Shown: positions 20,088 to 30,608, counted from the whole stretch's first letter. The stretch: DNA of 61,501 nt, filler included, from Candidatus Fermentibacterota bacterium (GCA_016928395.1; 7 parts of 7 records of this genome joined end to end with filler, not necessarily neighbours in it); one strand, 5' to 3'. Notes: generated from the letters alone by a model not told the origin. Numbers and translations are program-made.

Positions 20088-21914
20088 ATGGGACGCATGG
20101 ACAAGAAAAAATGGACCTTCGGGATCTACCTGACCGTCCTGGCGCTCGTCTTCAGCATCGGCCTGACGTTCGCCTCGGTCGAGCTGCCGAGGCTCCTGCA
20201 CTCAGCCTTGCTCAAGGCCACGCCGGCCCTCGAGGGGGATTCCCACGGCGACGAGACAACGGTCTTCCGGACCGAGCTCTTCCTGGAACACTACCATTTT
20301 CGGCTCATCGGCTATGTCTGCTTCGGACTGATAGTCCTCCTCATCGTGGCCGGCTTCGCCTCAGGAAAGGCCAACCTCTCGGCCGCCGGCGCGGCCGCGA
20401 TGTTTCTGCCGGTGTTCGCCCAATTCGCCGGGGTCATGTTCTTTCTGGCCGGGCTGGGCTTACTGAACCTGGCTTGGCTGCCTGTCCTCGATGTCTCATT
20501 CGCCGTCGGCCGGCTCGGCGACATTGTCTATTGGCCATACGACGCCTTCATGTCGCTTTTTGGCCGGTGGGGTATCGACGCCCATTCGACTTTGGTCTAC
20601 GCGGCGATCGGTGGAGGCCTGCTCCTGTTCATCCTGGGGACCCTGGCCTGGTTCGTCGCCCGGCAGCGCAACAAGGGCGTGGCCGATTTCTGGCCCTACC
20701 GCCTCTCTCGCCATCCCCAGTACCTCGGCTGGATTCTCTGGAGCTACGGAATGCTCTTGGCCCTCGAGCGCGTCCGCTATCCTCGGAGGTCCTGGGGTAT
20801 CCCGGCCAGCCTGCCCTGGCTTCTTTCCATGATGGTCATCGTCGGCGTGGCTCTGCTCGAAGAGAGGAGAATGACGCAAACATCGGGAATGGCCTACGGC
20901 GCCTACCGGAAAAGGGCCTCGTTCCTCATCCCCCTGCCCCGCTTCGTCAGAACGGCTCTGGCCGCTCCGATCCGGCTCCTCTTCGGGAAGAGCGTCCCCG
21001 AGCGCAAAGGGGAGATCGCCGCGGTGCTGGTCGTGGCCACCGCCCTGCTGATGTTCTCTTCCCATCTCTACACGAATCATCGCCGTTTCTCTGAACTCGC
21101 CGTCCCTGTCGGGATCGTCAGATCAGAAACCTCCCGTGTGGATCGGCTTGTCGAGGAGATGAGGCGGGCGGAGGGCTGGAGACGAAAGAACCGGCTTGCC
21201 GACGCCCTGGCGGACATCGGCCGTCCGGCCGCCGGTGCGCTCATCGGGCTGCTTGACGACCCGGACCCAGAAAGACGCCAGGAGGCCGCCCGGGCGCTGG
21301 GCTTGGTCGGAGAAAACCGGGCCGTCGGCCCGCTCCTCGGGAAGCTTTCCGACGAGAGCCTCGATGTCCGTTTCAAGGCAGTCGAGGCCCTCGGGAGGCT
21401 GCGGGCGAAGGAGGCCGTCGATACTCTCATCGTCCTCCTCATGAGCCGGACCAAGGACCTCTCCCGGCTGGCGGCCGTGGCTCTGGGCCGGATTGGCGCG
21501 GAAACCGCGGTCGAACCCCTTCTCGGTTTTCTTGACGGCCCGAACTGGTGGGACCGCGCGGCCGCCGTCGACGCGTTGGGGGAGATCGGCTCCGAGGCCG
21601 CGCTGAATGCCCTGATGGCGAGATTCGACGGAGAGGAGGTCCATGTCCGTCGCTCGATTGTCATCGCCCTGCTCAAGATCGGTTCAGGGCGGGCATTGGC
21701 GACGCTCGAGGCCGCCCTTCAAGATGAAGACAAGGAGGTCCGCCTTTTCGCCGCCGAAGCCCTGAAGAGGCTTCGCGCCCCAGCAGGCGTCTGCTTCGTA
21801 AATACGAGAACAGGCGGTGTTCCCGACGCTCCTCGATGGCTTGCAGTGCAAGCTGCAACGCCATTTTCATCCTCTCAGGGTGTCGCCCCCGCCCGACATG
21901 ACGACTCATATTAG
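20088..21914 (+). CDS. Membrane protein with ICMT/PEMT-like (DUF1295-like) domain fused to HEAT/PBS-lyase repeats
   Basis: Multiple TM segments, YRLSRHPQYLG and EE...Y..Y motifs, then about 6 repeats of the R..AA.ALG.IG...AV..L type. Confidence 0.8.
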   Translation: MGRMDKKKWTFGIYLTVLALVFSIGLTFASVELPRLLHSALLKATPALEGDSHGDETTVFRTELFLEHYHFRLIGYVCFGLIVLLIVAGFASGKANLSAAGAAAMFLPVFAQFAGVMFFLAGLGLLNLAWLPVLDVSFAVGRLGDIVYWPYDAFMSLFGRWGIDAHSTLVYAAIGGGLLLFILGTLAWFVARQRNKGVADFWPYRLSRHPQYLGWILWSYGMLLALERVRYPRRSWGIPASLPWLLSMMVIVGVALLEERRMTQTSGMAYGAYRKRASFLIPLPRFVRTALAAPIRLLFGKSVPERKGEIAAVLVVATALLMFSSHLYTNHRRFSELAVPVGIVRSETSRVDRLVEEMRRAEGWRRKNRLADALADIGRPAAGALIGLLDDPDPERRQEAARALGLVGENRAVGPLLGKLSDESLDVRFKAVEALGRLRAKEAVDTLIVLLMSRTKDLSRLAAVALGRIGAETAVEPLLGFLDGPNWWDRAAAVDALGEIGSEAALNALMARFDGEEVHVRRSIVIALLKIGSGRALATLEAALQDEDKEVRLFAAEALKRLRAPAGVCFVNTRTGGVPDAPRWLAVQAATPFSSSQGVAPARHDDSY

Positions 21915-21922
21915 AATAGTGG
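21862..21922. repeat. About 62-bp dispersed repeat, copy 1
   Basis: cattttcatcctctc...cgacatgacgact...agaatagtgg, colinear with 47001-47062. Confidence 0.8.
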
Positions 21923-22903
21923 CCGCGGGATGACCGATTGTCGTGGTGTCCCGTGAGCACTGCCTCACACCATCGCTGGACCGCTCGGTGTCTACTTTTC
22001 GCGGAGATCCTTCAGCATCTTTGTGGCTTGGGCGTGGTCGGGATTCAGTCTCAGGACTCAAACGAGAGGATGAAGGTAACGACGCACAAGGCAACGGGGC
22101 TACTCGCGCGGCAGGAGGGGATGAAGGCGAAGTCCGCGCAGAAGCGCTGTGGAGCCGACGTGTTCAGCAGACGCGTATTCCCGTCGACGCAGATCCCGTT
22201 CGGGTCACCGAGTTCTCCCCCTTCGAGCCACGGGTCGAACGCTGCGCCCCTTCTCAGCCAATGGACCTTGTTGCCGCGCGAATCTTACACGGTGAGGGTG
22301 CCGTCCCGCGGGCCCGTGAGGCCGATGGCTCCATGACACGCGCCGTGGGGGAGCTCCTGGATCACGGGGGCAGGACTCGCGGCCGAGTCGATGAACACAA
22401 GGCCCTGCGGATCGATGCACGGATGTGCATCAGCTCGCAGTCTCCCGAAGGGGTTACCTCAGCAAGACGCGGGCCTTTCGTCCGCGGGATCTTCACATCA
22501 CGTTGAGGCGGGATTCGATACGGGCAATGCAGGAGGGGCCAGGGACACTGTCAGGTGGGCACGCAAGGGCGCGGCTGTCCGATTCTGAACGGTGGGCCTG
22601 CATGGAGGGGGCGTCGAATGCGCCCGCAGTCAGGCAGTTTCCGCGTGTCGACCGGGAGGGGAATCGCGCATCGTGGAGGCAGCGGAACTCGTCTTGGGCC
22701 ATCGGTAGACCAGTGTCGTCACCTATCGAGAGCGGATCGCGGGCCGTTGAAGAGGAGAGCCGGCAAGGCGACGCAAAACCTGCGTCTCGTCAGGGGATCT
22801 TGGTTGAGGGCGCCATCGCCGCGGAGGACGACCATCAGAGATCCCGACGCCAAGAAGCCGTGGTTTTAGATCTGGCGGCGTGGCAGAAGGGCTGGTGAGC
22901 GGC

Positions 22904-24475
22904 TCAGTCAAGAGCCGTGAGCCGGGCCGTGTCTTCGACCACGCGGTAGGCCACGACACCGCGGACCGTGTCCACGGGGGCGTAGGAGGCGTCGAGGAGG
23001 GCTCCCAGCGGGTATCGGTGCACGGGGAACTTGCCCCAGTAGTGGAATCCGGCGGGAGCGGTGTCGTAGATCATGACCGGGCGCTTCTCACGGAGATCAC
23101 CCAGGGCCAGGTTCCAGTTCTCCCACACGACGAAGGGCATGGGATCGGTGCGCTGGTCGAGGCTGTACGGCAGGCCGGGCACATAGCCCGCCAGCGACTG
23201 GGGGTAGACGAATCTCGCCCCCGGCTGACGGTCGGCGAAGTAGTATGCCGGGGAGGCATAGCCCCAGACGAAGACCCTCTCGTCAGGCATGGTGTTTGCT
23301 GCGGCATGCCTCGCCAGGTCGCGGAGCAGGGGATGCTGTGACTCCAGGCCGCCGGCGGCTACCCAGACCTGCGAAAATACTGCAAGACCGGCCAAGGGAA
23401 ACCCTGCCCAGAGCAGGCGGCGGAACGCGCGCGGATCCAGACTTCGGGCTACCATGGGGAAGATGGCGCCGAACAGGATGCTCCACGCAGGCACGGTCTG
23501 CAGGAAGTAGTGGCCGAAGTAGCGGCCTCCCAGGCTTAGTGCGGCGAAGGAGGCGGCGAGCCAGAGCAGCAGGAAAGAGGTGAGCGGTCTTTGGCTCGGG
23601 GCGAAAGAGCCCCGATGGCCCCGCAACCCCCGCCAGATGACCGAGAGGGGCAAGAGATTCGCCAACAGATAGAAGATAACCCTGACAGTGCCGTGGGGCT
23701 GGGCGTCTTCCAGGGAGAACGACATCAGGCCTCCGCCCGCGCCGATGTAACGGGCATTGGAGGTGAAGTTCCAGTAGATCGCTTCGTCCAGCACTCCCTG
23801 ACGCGCCAGGATCGCCGCAACGGCAGCAGTGCCCAAACCAACGCCACCGAAGAGGCCGGTCAGCCTCACCAGAACGTCGCATCGCTGGCCTTTTCGAATC
23901 AAACTCCACCCGCCCCATGCGCCCAACACGGGCAGCATCACCCAGCCCTTCTGGTAGCAGAGGCCGCCGGCGAATGTGCTCACGCCCGCCAGACAGCCGG
24001 CCAGGAAGGGTCTCCTCGGAGCCCACCACAGCAGGGCCGCCAGCATCAGGAACGGATTCATGAGCTGCTCGCCGTTGGTGGCCAGCATGTCATTGGGGAG
24101 ATAGACCGAGGAACCAACGATGTAGGCAAGCGCCGCCCAACGGGCCTCTTCCCGGCCGAATCCGGCGCGACGAAGCAGGCTGCCCCCGGCATACGCCCCC
24201 ACCAGTATCCACGCAAGGCCGAACCAATGCACCGCCAGGACACTACGCCCTCCTATCGCCATGACCGCTGCGTAGATCCAATACAGGAGGGGGGGCTTGT
24301 TGTCGCCGTAGTCGACGTAGAGCCTGCCGCCATCCAGCAGCTCGCGGGCGCACACGCCGTGGCCCGCCTCGTCGGTATCGATGATGGGCAGGATCAGCGC
24401 CGGGAGTCGCAGGAGAGCGGCAAGCAGCAGTATGAAGACCGCGAAGCGCAGTTGGGAGAGCTGCCGGATCGGCAC
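22904..24475 (-). CDS. ArnT/PMT-like GT-C membrane glycosyltransferase
   Basis: DTDE after the first TM, LYVDYGDNKPPL, many TMs, GRYFGHYF, periplasmic VFVWG domain. Confidence 0.85.
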   Translation of the reverse strand: MPIRQLSQLRFAVFILLLAALLRLPALILPIIDTDEAGHGVCARELLDGGRLYVDYGDNKPPLLYWIYAAVMAIGGRSVLAVHWFGLAWILVGAYAGGSLLRRAGFGREEARWAALAYIVGSSVYLPNDMLATNGEQLMNPFLMLAALLWWAPRRPFLAGCLAGVSTFAGGLCYQKGWVMLPVLGAWGGWSLIRKGQRCDVLVRLTGLFGGVGLGTAAVAAILARQGVLDEAIYWNFTSNARYIGAGGGLMSFSLEDAQPHGTVRVIFYLLANLLPLSVIWRGLRGHRGSFAPSQRPLTSFLLLWLAASFAALSLGGRYFGHYFLQTVPAWSILFGAIFPMVARSLDPRAFRRLLWAGFPLAGLAVFSQVWVAAGGLESQHPLLRDLARHAAANTMPDERVFVWGYASPAYYFADRQPGARFVYPQSLAGYVPGLPYSLDQRTDPMPFVVWENWNLALGDLREKRPVMIYDTAPAGFHYWGKFPVHRYPLGALLDASYAPVDTVRGVVAYRVVEDTARLTALD

Positions 24476-25597
24476 TCAGTACTCCACCAGAGACTGGATC
24501 GCCATGCCGACGATGATAACGCGGGATGCGCAGAGGAATGCGGCGTCGAACGGGTTTGCACGCCGCTCCGCCTCGGCAAGGCGTCGCCACCCATCGATGA
24601 TGAGCCAGGCCAGCAAGGGCAGCGAGAGCACTCCGAGCTCACAGGCCAGATGAAGCACGAGATTGTGAGGGGTCGTCAGCAATGCCGCGGAGTCCGAAGG
24701 GGGCAACATCCCATAGTACGAACCGAATGTGCCCAATCCAGTGCCCAGCAGCGGATAGGCCCACGCCAAAGCCAGGGCAGTCCGCCAGGCCAGAATGCGG
24801 TGGATATCGTCGGCACGGATAAGCCGGCCCCAAGGCCCCACCAGCATTCCCACCACAGCGACGGCAAGCACTACCAGCGCCAGTCTCCGGTGGGAGCGAA
24901 GCGCCAGGTACAGCGCCTGCACGCTGAATGCGACCCATGCCATCCGTGATGACGTAGCAATCAGCACCAGAACCAGCGCCACCCCAAGGGTCACGCCGAG
25001 CCCTCGGATCACCCCGCGATATGAGATGAACAAGGGCAGGGTCACCAAGGGCCAGACCATGAGCACATAGCGAGCCAACGCATTGGGCGTCCCCAGGGAC
25101 CCCCAGGCCTCGCGGCGATGCACCATGGTCTGCCATGCGCCCAGGGTAACCTGTTCGACCGTAAGGGCGATCAGAACCGGCATCGCAATCCATCGCGCGT
25201 GTGCAGGCATGAACAGGGACACCAACGCCACGGCGCCCAGGATCCAAAGGCTCTTCTCCATGAACACCACCGTCGCGATCCACGGGGCCGGTGACGCCGC
25301 TGCGCTGACGGCGGCCAGACCCAGGAGAAGAAGAAGAGGAACCGGCATTCGAAACGTTGCCCATCGGATCTCACCGAGAACAAGGCCCGCCGCGATGGCC
25401 ACGCCTGCCACCACGGGAACCAAGGCCTGAAGATCCGGCGCCCCGGGCCAGGGTGTCTGCTGCGCGGCCATGATCGTGGCCACGAGGAGAAGTATGCGAA
25501 CGATGGTGGATCGGTCTATCTTAGCACCCTCACGAATGACTCCAGATGCCTCGGCACGCACTGTTGCGGATACCATGGCATTTGACCGTCGCTGCAT
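24476..25597 (-). CDS. O-antigen ligase (WaaL/Wzy_C) family protein
   Basis: GSLGTPNALA, TSSRMAW, R...W, PLLGTGLGTF, PHNLVLHLACELG; start may be 25576. Confidence 0.8.
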   Translation of the reverse strand: MQRRSNAMVSATVRAEASGVIREGAKIDRSTIVRILLLVATIMAAQQTPWPGAPDLQALVPVVAGVAIAAGLVLGEIRWATFRMPVPLLLLLGLAAVSAAASPAPWIATVVFMEKSLWILGAVALVSLFMPAHARWIAMPVLIALTVEQVTLGAWQTMVHRREAWGSLGTPNALARYVLMVWPLVTLPLFISYRGVIRGLGVTLGVALVLVLIATSSRMAWVAFSVQALYLALRSHRRLALVVLAVAVVGMLVGPWGRLIRADDIHRILAWRTALALAWAYPLLGTGLGTFGSYYGMLPPSDSAALLTTPHNLVLHLACELGVLSLPLLAWLIIDGWRRLAEAERRANPFDAAFLCASRVIIVGMAIQSLVEY

Positions 25598-25659
25598 CCT
25601 GAGCGGCTGTGGCCTTCAGGGCTGGAAACTACGTGATAGACTCCCATCCGGGTAGGACA

Positions 25660-27258
25660 ATGCGCGCACACTCTCTCATCATCGGGTTCATCCTTGCTGC
25701 CGGATGGATTGCCGCATTGATGAACGGAGTGGACGGAGCGACCGTTGTCTGCCTGCTCATCGCCTGGCTCATTGGCCGGGCCACCGCGGAATGGGCGACT
25801 GTCATCGCCTGGCTGCTGCTGCTCACGGCTCAGGCATCCGGCGCCGGCACCGGCCCTGGCGCACTCATGGGGGGGATGGCCCTTCTGGCTTTGATTCTCG
25901 GCGGTTTCAGGAGGCCGGCGGGAAGTCTCCGGTGGGCCATTCTAGGCGCCGCGGTCCTGCTGGCCGTGCTGAGCGTCGTTAGTACGGTGTGGGGGCTGAA
26001 CACTCTCGCTGCTCCACCGCTGGCTCTGATTCCTCTGTGGTTTCTGGCCGGCACCTTCCCCAGCAGAGCATCCCGCCGGCTTCTCTGGTGGGGGAGCCTC
26101 CCGGCCGTTCCTCTGGCGCTGGCTTTGGGGGTATATGCCATTGCGGGAGGAGAGATCGCCCGCCGCGAACGATCGCTGGAGGAGTTTCGGCGGCAGTTCC
26201 AAGAACTGCCGCCGACCGCCCAACTCTCCGCTATCCAGCAGAGGCTTGCCATTGATCCATGGGTTCCCGGCCTGTGGGCCCAGCTCGGCGAGTTCCAACT
26301 GGATGCCGGTCAGTTGGATGAGGCCCATGCGGCGTTCAGGAAGGGCTACACGGTCAGGCCCGGGAAGGCAAACCCGTGTCAACGGCGATTCGTGCAGACG
26401 GCTGCGACCCTGGGCAAATGGCGGGATGTGGCCGACCTCACGGTTGGCGGCGACCTGACCATCATGCCTGAGTCTCACCGAGCCGCCACCGCCTTCGCCG
26501 CCGAGCTGTGGCGACGGAACGCGATCGGTCGGGCGCGCGAGATCATGAGTCCGTGGGAAGCCGGCAATCGGTGGGCGACGGAGTTGGCGGGATGGCTTGC
26601 CCATGATGACGGTGATGATAGCGCGGCGCTGGGTCTCTTGCTGCCGCTTCTGGACGACTCTCTCTCGGGTGAATCGGTGTATCGGGCTGCCATGGCTGCG
26701 CAAGGACTGGGATTGGATCGTATTCGAGACGATCTGCTTTGCGTCGGCACGGAACGGCATCCCCGGCATCTGCGTCTTGGGCAGGTTGCCGGTCTGCCTT
26801 CACCAAAGCTGCCGGCACACCGACTCGGGCAGGGAATCATCCTGGGCAATACCGTGCGGCTGTTGGCATGGGAAGGCGAACCACACCCAGTGCGGGCCGG
26901 GGACACGCTCGCCGTGTCCATCGCCTGGGAGCCGACGAAACCTCTGCCGGCCATGCAGATCATTCTCCACCTTGACCTTGGGGCTCCTCCTCGCAAGCGC
27001 ATAAATGCCGACTTCTGGCCAGAGCGGCGGCGTGATGCCACGGTGGGCTGGCCTGTCGGCGAGCTGGCCGTCGCCTCCACCCGGGTGCCGATTCCGGCCG
27101 ATGCCCCGTCGGGCCGCTACACCGTGTACACGGGGATGTGGATTCCCGGTGACCGGGAGAGCAGGCTGCTGCCCGGGCCAGCAGACTCCCACCGGGTTCC
27201 CCGGGGGGAGTACCGTTTCCCGTTGGGCGATGTAGCTGTCCTCGCTCCGGGTGGCTAA
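25660..27258 (+). CDS. Membrane protein with TPR-like middle and C-terminal beta-sandwich
   Basis: About 6 N-terminal TMs, LWAQLG....AG..DEA..AF TPR-like helix pair, C-terminal GDTLAVSIAW...W..GE...IP...P.GRYTVYTG of the kind seen on GT-C-associated proteins. Confidence 0.65.
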   Translation: MRAHSLIIGFILAAGWIAALMNGVDGATVVCLLIAWLIGRATAEWATVIAWLLLLTAQASGAGTGPGALMGGMALLALILGGFRRPAGSLRWAILGAAVLLAVLSVVSTVWGLNTLAAPPLALIPLWFLAGTFPSRASRRLLWWGSLPAVPLALALGVYAIAGGEIARRERSLEEFRRQFQELPPTAQLSAIQQRLAIDPWVPGLWAQLGEFQLDAGQLDEAHAAFRKGYTVRPGKANPCQRRFVQTAATLGKWRDVADLTVGGDLTIMPESHRAATAFAAELWRRNAIGRAREIMSPWEAGNRWATELAGWLAHDDGDDSAALGLLLPLLDDSLSGESVYRAAMAAQGLGLDRIRDDLLCVGTERHPRHLRLGQVAGLPSPKLPAHRLGQGIILGNTVRLLAWEGEPHPVRAGDTLAVSIAWEPTKPLPAMQIILHLDLGAPPRKRINADFWPERRRDATVGWPVGELAVASTRVPIPADAPSGRYTVYTGMWIPGDRESRLLPGPADSHRVPRGEYRFPLGDVAVLAPGG

Positions 27259-28130
27259 CCCACGTCCTCCCAGCGGCCATGCGGCGAGCGCAGGTGAAGG
27301 CCGCAGATCCGCTGGGCGATACGGGCCGCCACGCTTTCGGATCGCGGCGTGCCCGGCTCGGGGCGCAGCTCACAGATGTCTGCACCAACGACCTGACGCT
27401 TCTCGAACAGCACGTGCAGCACCGTAAGCAGGTCGTTCCAGCCTATGCCGCCAGGCTCCGGGGTCCCGACGCCGGGCACCACCGATGGGTCGAGCCCGTC
27501 AAGATCCAGCGTCAGGTAGACGTTCGGGGGCAGTGCCTCGACCACCTGTTCCTGCCACCCCGGCGTGCGCAAGGCATGGGCGGGGAACAGGGCGATTTGC
27601 GGGTCTGCTGGCAGCTCCCTCCATTCCTCCTCGCTCACACTCCGAATGCCAACCATGACCACCGGCCCCAGCTCGCTGAGACGCCGTCCCACGCAGGCAT
27701 GGTTCAAGGGGTTACCGTGATAGCTGGCGCGGTAGTCGGAGTGGGCGTCGATCTGAAGAAATCCGACTTCAGGGAATCGGGCCGCCACAGCGCGGCCGCC
27801 TCCGACGGCTATCGTGTGTTCACCACCCAAGAGCAGGGGGAACCGACCCGCATCCAGTTGGTCGCCGATGAGGCGCTCAAGGCTCTCGATCACGGGCCCG
27901 GCCGCGTCCATGAGCGGCGGCTCCTCCAGCGTGAGGATCCCACCATCCCACGGGGAGAAGCCCAGCTCCAGGTCGAACAGCTCGATTTCGGTGCTGGCCT
28001 CCAGCAACCGGCGTGGGCCGAACCGAGTCCCCTGATGGAACGTCGTCGAGACCTCAAACCCACAGGGGATGACGGCGATGCGCACCGGCGCGCCTTCGGC
28101 GGGCGTGATGCCTCCGAAGGGGAACATCAT
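27255..28130 (-). CDS. speB: Agmatinase
   Basis: GGEHT, DAHSD, DLDGLDP, GTPEPGG, D.CEL; ATG overlaps the pepA stop (ATGA). Confidence 0.88.
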   Translation of the reverse strand: MMFPFGGITPAEGAPVRIAVIPCGFEVSTTFHQGTRFGPRRLLEASTEIELFDLELGFSPWDGGILTLEEPPLMDAAGPVIESLERLIGDQLDAGRFPLLLGGEHTIAVGGGRAVAARFPEVGFLQIDAHSDYRASYHGNPLNHACVGRRLSELGPVVMVGIRSVSEEEWRELPADPQIALFPAHALRTPGWQEQVVEALPPNVYLTLDLDGLDPSVVPGVGTPEPGGIGWNDLLTVLHVLFEKRQVVGADICELRPEPGTPRSESVAARIAQRICGLHLRSPHGRWEDVG

Positions 28131-29617
28131 CCGGCCATCGGCGACAGGAGTTCGATGAGAGATGCGACGCCGTAGCCCGTGCCGCCTTCGGGGAAGGCCG
28201 GCTCTTCCTTGTCTGCCCACGACGGCCCGGCGAGGTCGATATGCACCCAGGGCGTGTCGCCGACAAACTCGCGCAGGAAAAGTCCCGCGGTGATGGCGCC
28301 GCCCCAGCGTTCGCCTGCATTCTTCAGATCCGCGGATTTGCTTTCCAGCATCTTCTTGTATGCCTCGATGAGTGGTAGCTGCCACATGGTCTCGCCTGCT
28401 CGCTCACCAGCGGACAGCACATCGCGGACCAGCTCGGGCCGGTTCCCCATGATTGCGGCGCAGAGGGGGCCCAACGCCACCACCGAGGCGCCCGTCAGGG
28501 TTGCCAGGTCAATGGTCCACTCGGGTGCACGCTCCTGGCCGTACGCCAGCGCATCGGCCAGAATCAGGCGTCCCTCGGCATCGGTATTGATCACCTCCAC
28601 GGTCTTACCGCCGTACATCTTCAGCACATCACCGACCTTGGTGGCACGGCCATCGGGCATGTTCTCGGCCAAGGGGAGCAGGATGCGCACAGGCTGGCGG
28701 AGCTCGAGTTGGTGGAGCACGCTGACCAGCCCGGCCAAAGCCCCGGCGCCGGCCATATCGTCTTTCATGGTCTTCATGCTGTCCGCCGGCTTCAGGCTGA
28801 GACCGCCGGAGTCGAAAGTCACGCCCTTGCCGATCAACAGCACGCCACCCTTGGCATCGCCTTCGCGGCAGTCGACTTCCACCAGGTGTGGCTCATTGGT
28901 GCTGCCGATGCCGACGCCGACTATTCCTCCCATGCCTTTGTCCCGCAGCCAGCGAAGGTCACGGATCTCGACTGAAAGCGACGAGTCTGCCAGGTTGGCC
29001 ACCTTGCCCGCGAATACTTCGGGGTAGAGCGTGCCGGCCGGTTCATTGACCAAGTCCCTCGCCACACTGGCGGCGCGGGCGACTAGTTCGCCGCGATCTG
29101 CTGCATCCCGGAGCACGAGGGTGTCTTGGCCGGGCCAGCATATCACGAGTTCCTCCATCGTGGCGCCGTCATCCTCGCGCTTCTTGTAAGTGAGCCTCGG
29201 GTGGGCCGCCAGGAGGGCTCCCTCGACCAGAAGGCGGGTAATCGCGCCTCGGCTCAGGTCGCCCGGGAGCGGGCCGAGAAACGCGATCACGAGGCGCTTC
29301 GCCTTGAGTTCCTTCGCGCGGCCAAGGGCCAATCCCGCAGCCTGCTTGATCATCAGACGCAGAGGCAGCGGCGCTTCCTCTAACCCCACCAGAATGAGCC
29401 TACCCGGCCCGCGATCGCTGAGACGATGCAGGCTTGTCTTCTTCCACTTTGCCTTGAAGCCTTCTTCGGTGGCTGTGGCAGCGATTCTGCCCCCGTGTTC
29501 CCGGTCGAGCTCCTGAAAGGCCGGGTCATCGGCCAGAGTCGCACGGGTACAGAGTAGTGCCAGAGTGTCACCGGATTGCAGGCCGGAGAACGGAGACGAT
29601 GAAAGTTGAACGCGCAT
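28127..29617 (-). CDS. pepA: Leucyl aminopeptidase (M17)
   Basis: GKGVTFDSGG, MKDDMAG, AENMP, NTDAEGRL, ATLTG, HIDLAG. Confidence 0.96.
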   Translation of the reverse strand: MRVQLSSSPFSGLQSGDTLALLCTRATLADDPAFQELDREHGGRIAATATEEGFKAKWKKTSLHRLSDRGPGRLILVGLEEAPLPLRLMIKQAAGLALGRAKELKAKRLVIAFLGPLPGDLSRGAITRLLVEGALLAAHPRLTYKKREDDGATMEELVICWPGQDTLVLRDAADRGELVARAASVARDLVNEPAGTLYPEVFAGKVANLADSSLSVEIRDLRWLRDKGMGGIVGVGIGSTNEPHLVEVDCREGDAKGGVLLIGKGVTFDSGGLSLKPADSMKTMKDDMAGAGALAGLVSVLHQLELRQPVRILLPLAENMPDGRATKVGDVLKMYGGKTVEVINTDAEGRLILADALAYGQERAPEWTIDLATLTGASVVALGPLCAAIMGNRPELVRDVLSAGERAGETMWQLPLIEAYKKMLESKSADLKNAGERWGGAITAGLFLREFVGDTPWVHIDLAGPSWADKEEPAFPEGGTGYGVASLIELLSPMAG

Positions 29618-29814
29618 GAATCCACCTCGGGGGGTAAGGAACTCTGTTCCACCAGGTACATCGGGACCGAATGAACATCATTGGGCGGGGCCTTCGTGTC
29701 AATGGATTGCCGCGCTCTGCGCAGTGCTCACGGCTCTCGATTCACGGTTCCCGGGTGTTCACAGTCGCCGGGAAGGTAAAGGACTTTCGATCTCGACGGA
29801 CGCGTGCCGGTCGC

Positions 29815-29843
29815 TTGACAGGGGCGGCGCGGAATCATAAGGT
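29815..29843 (+). promoter_or_regulatory. Putative sigma70 promoter
   Basis: TTGACA-17-TAAGGT upstream of the partial ORF at 29899. Confidence 0.55.
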
Positions 29844-29898
29844 GATTACGACAATGGCCTGATCCGGGACACGGCGCACGTGGCGCCGGGAGGGATAT

Positions 29899-30117
29899 GT
29901 GGTTTCGACCCTGTGGTGTGTGTTCGGGCTCATGACGATGAGCCTGGAGGCGGTTGTTCCGCCTCACCCTGCCTCCGGCTTGGCAGCGGTGGATGTTCCC
30001 GATGACAAGGGCGGAGCGGTCTCTCTCTCGTGGCGGATCAGGCCGGAGGATGCGGCGCGGATTCGGGTTCAACTCGTCCAGAAGGCGGTCTCTCCGGGGG
30101 AGTTCGTGGTCGTAGAC
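29899..30117 (+). CDS. Partial secreted protein with Fn3-like start, truncated by contig end
   Basis: GGAGG upstream, hydrophobic N-terminus, AVDVPDDKGGAVSLSW. Confidence 0.55.
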
Positions 30118-30217
30118 NNNNNNNNNNNNNNNNNNNNNNNNNNNNNNNNNNNNNNNNNNNNTTAATTAATTAANNNNNNNNNNNNNNNNNNNNNNNNNNN
30201 NNNNNNNNNNNNNNNNN
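30118..30217. other. Artificial contig linker
   Basis: N44-TTAATTAATTAA-N44. Confidence 0.99.
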
Positions 30218-30608
30218 ATGTTCTCATTAGCCAGCCCGTACCCACCGCCGCCGATGACGAAGGTATGGTTGAGTATCCAGCCGCCACGCCCGCCGACAAA
30301 CACCAAGGAACTTCGAGAACAACTGCGGGCCTTGGGCTACCTGGACGAGTAGCAGCAGGGTCGAACGCTGTCAGTCCGATGCGCCGAACACGGGGATGGA
30401 GTTCGCCTTCCTTGTGCCCCTCCCCTTCCGTTCATTGCATCTCCGTGTGAGCCATGCTCATCGTGGATGGCGGTGGAATGATGGAGGACGAGGCAGCGAC
30501 TCTTGTGTACACCCTCTGCCTCCCTTTGGGCGCATCGCTTTGACGGAACGACTACGCCGCTGTAACATAGATACCCCTTTCGCACAACGACCCGAACCTC
30601 GATGAACC

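Noticed and set aside
23591..24949. Long opposite-strand ORFs (452 aa here; also 9036-10058, 30858-31850 and others)
   Set aside because: Antisense shadows of well-supported genes in GC-rich DNA, with no recognisable motifs.
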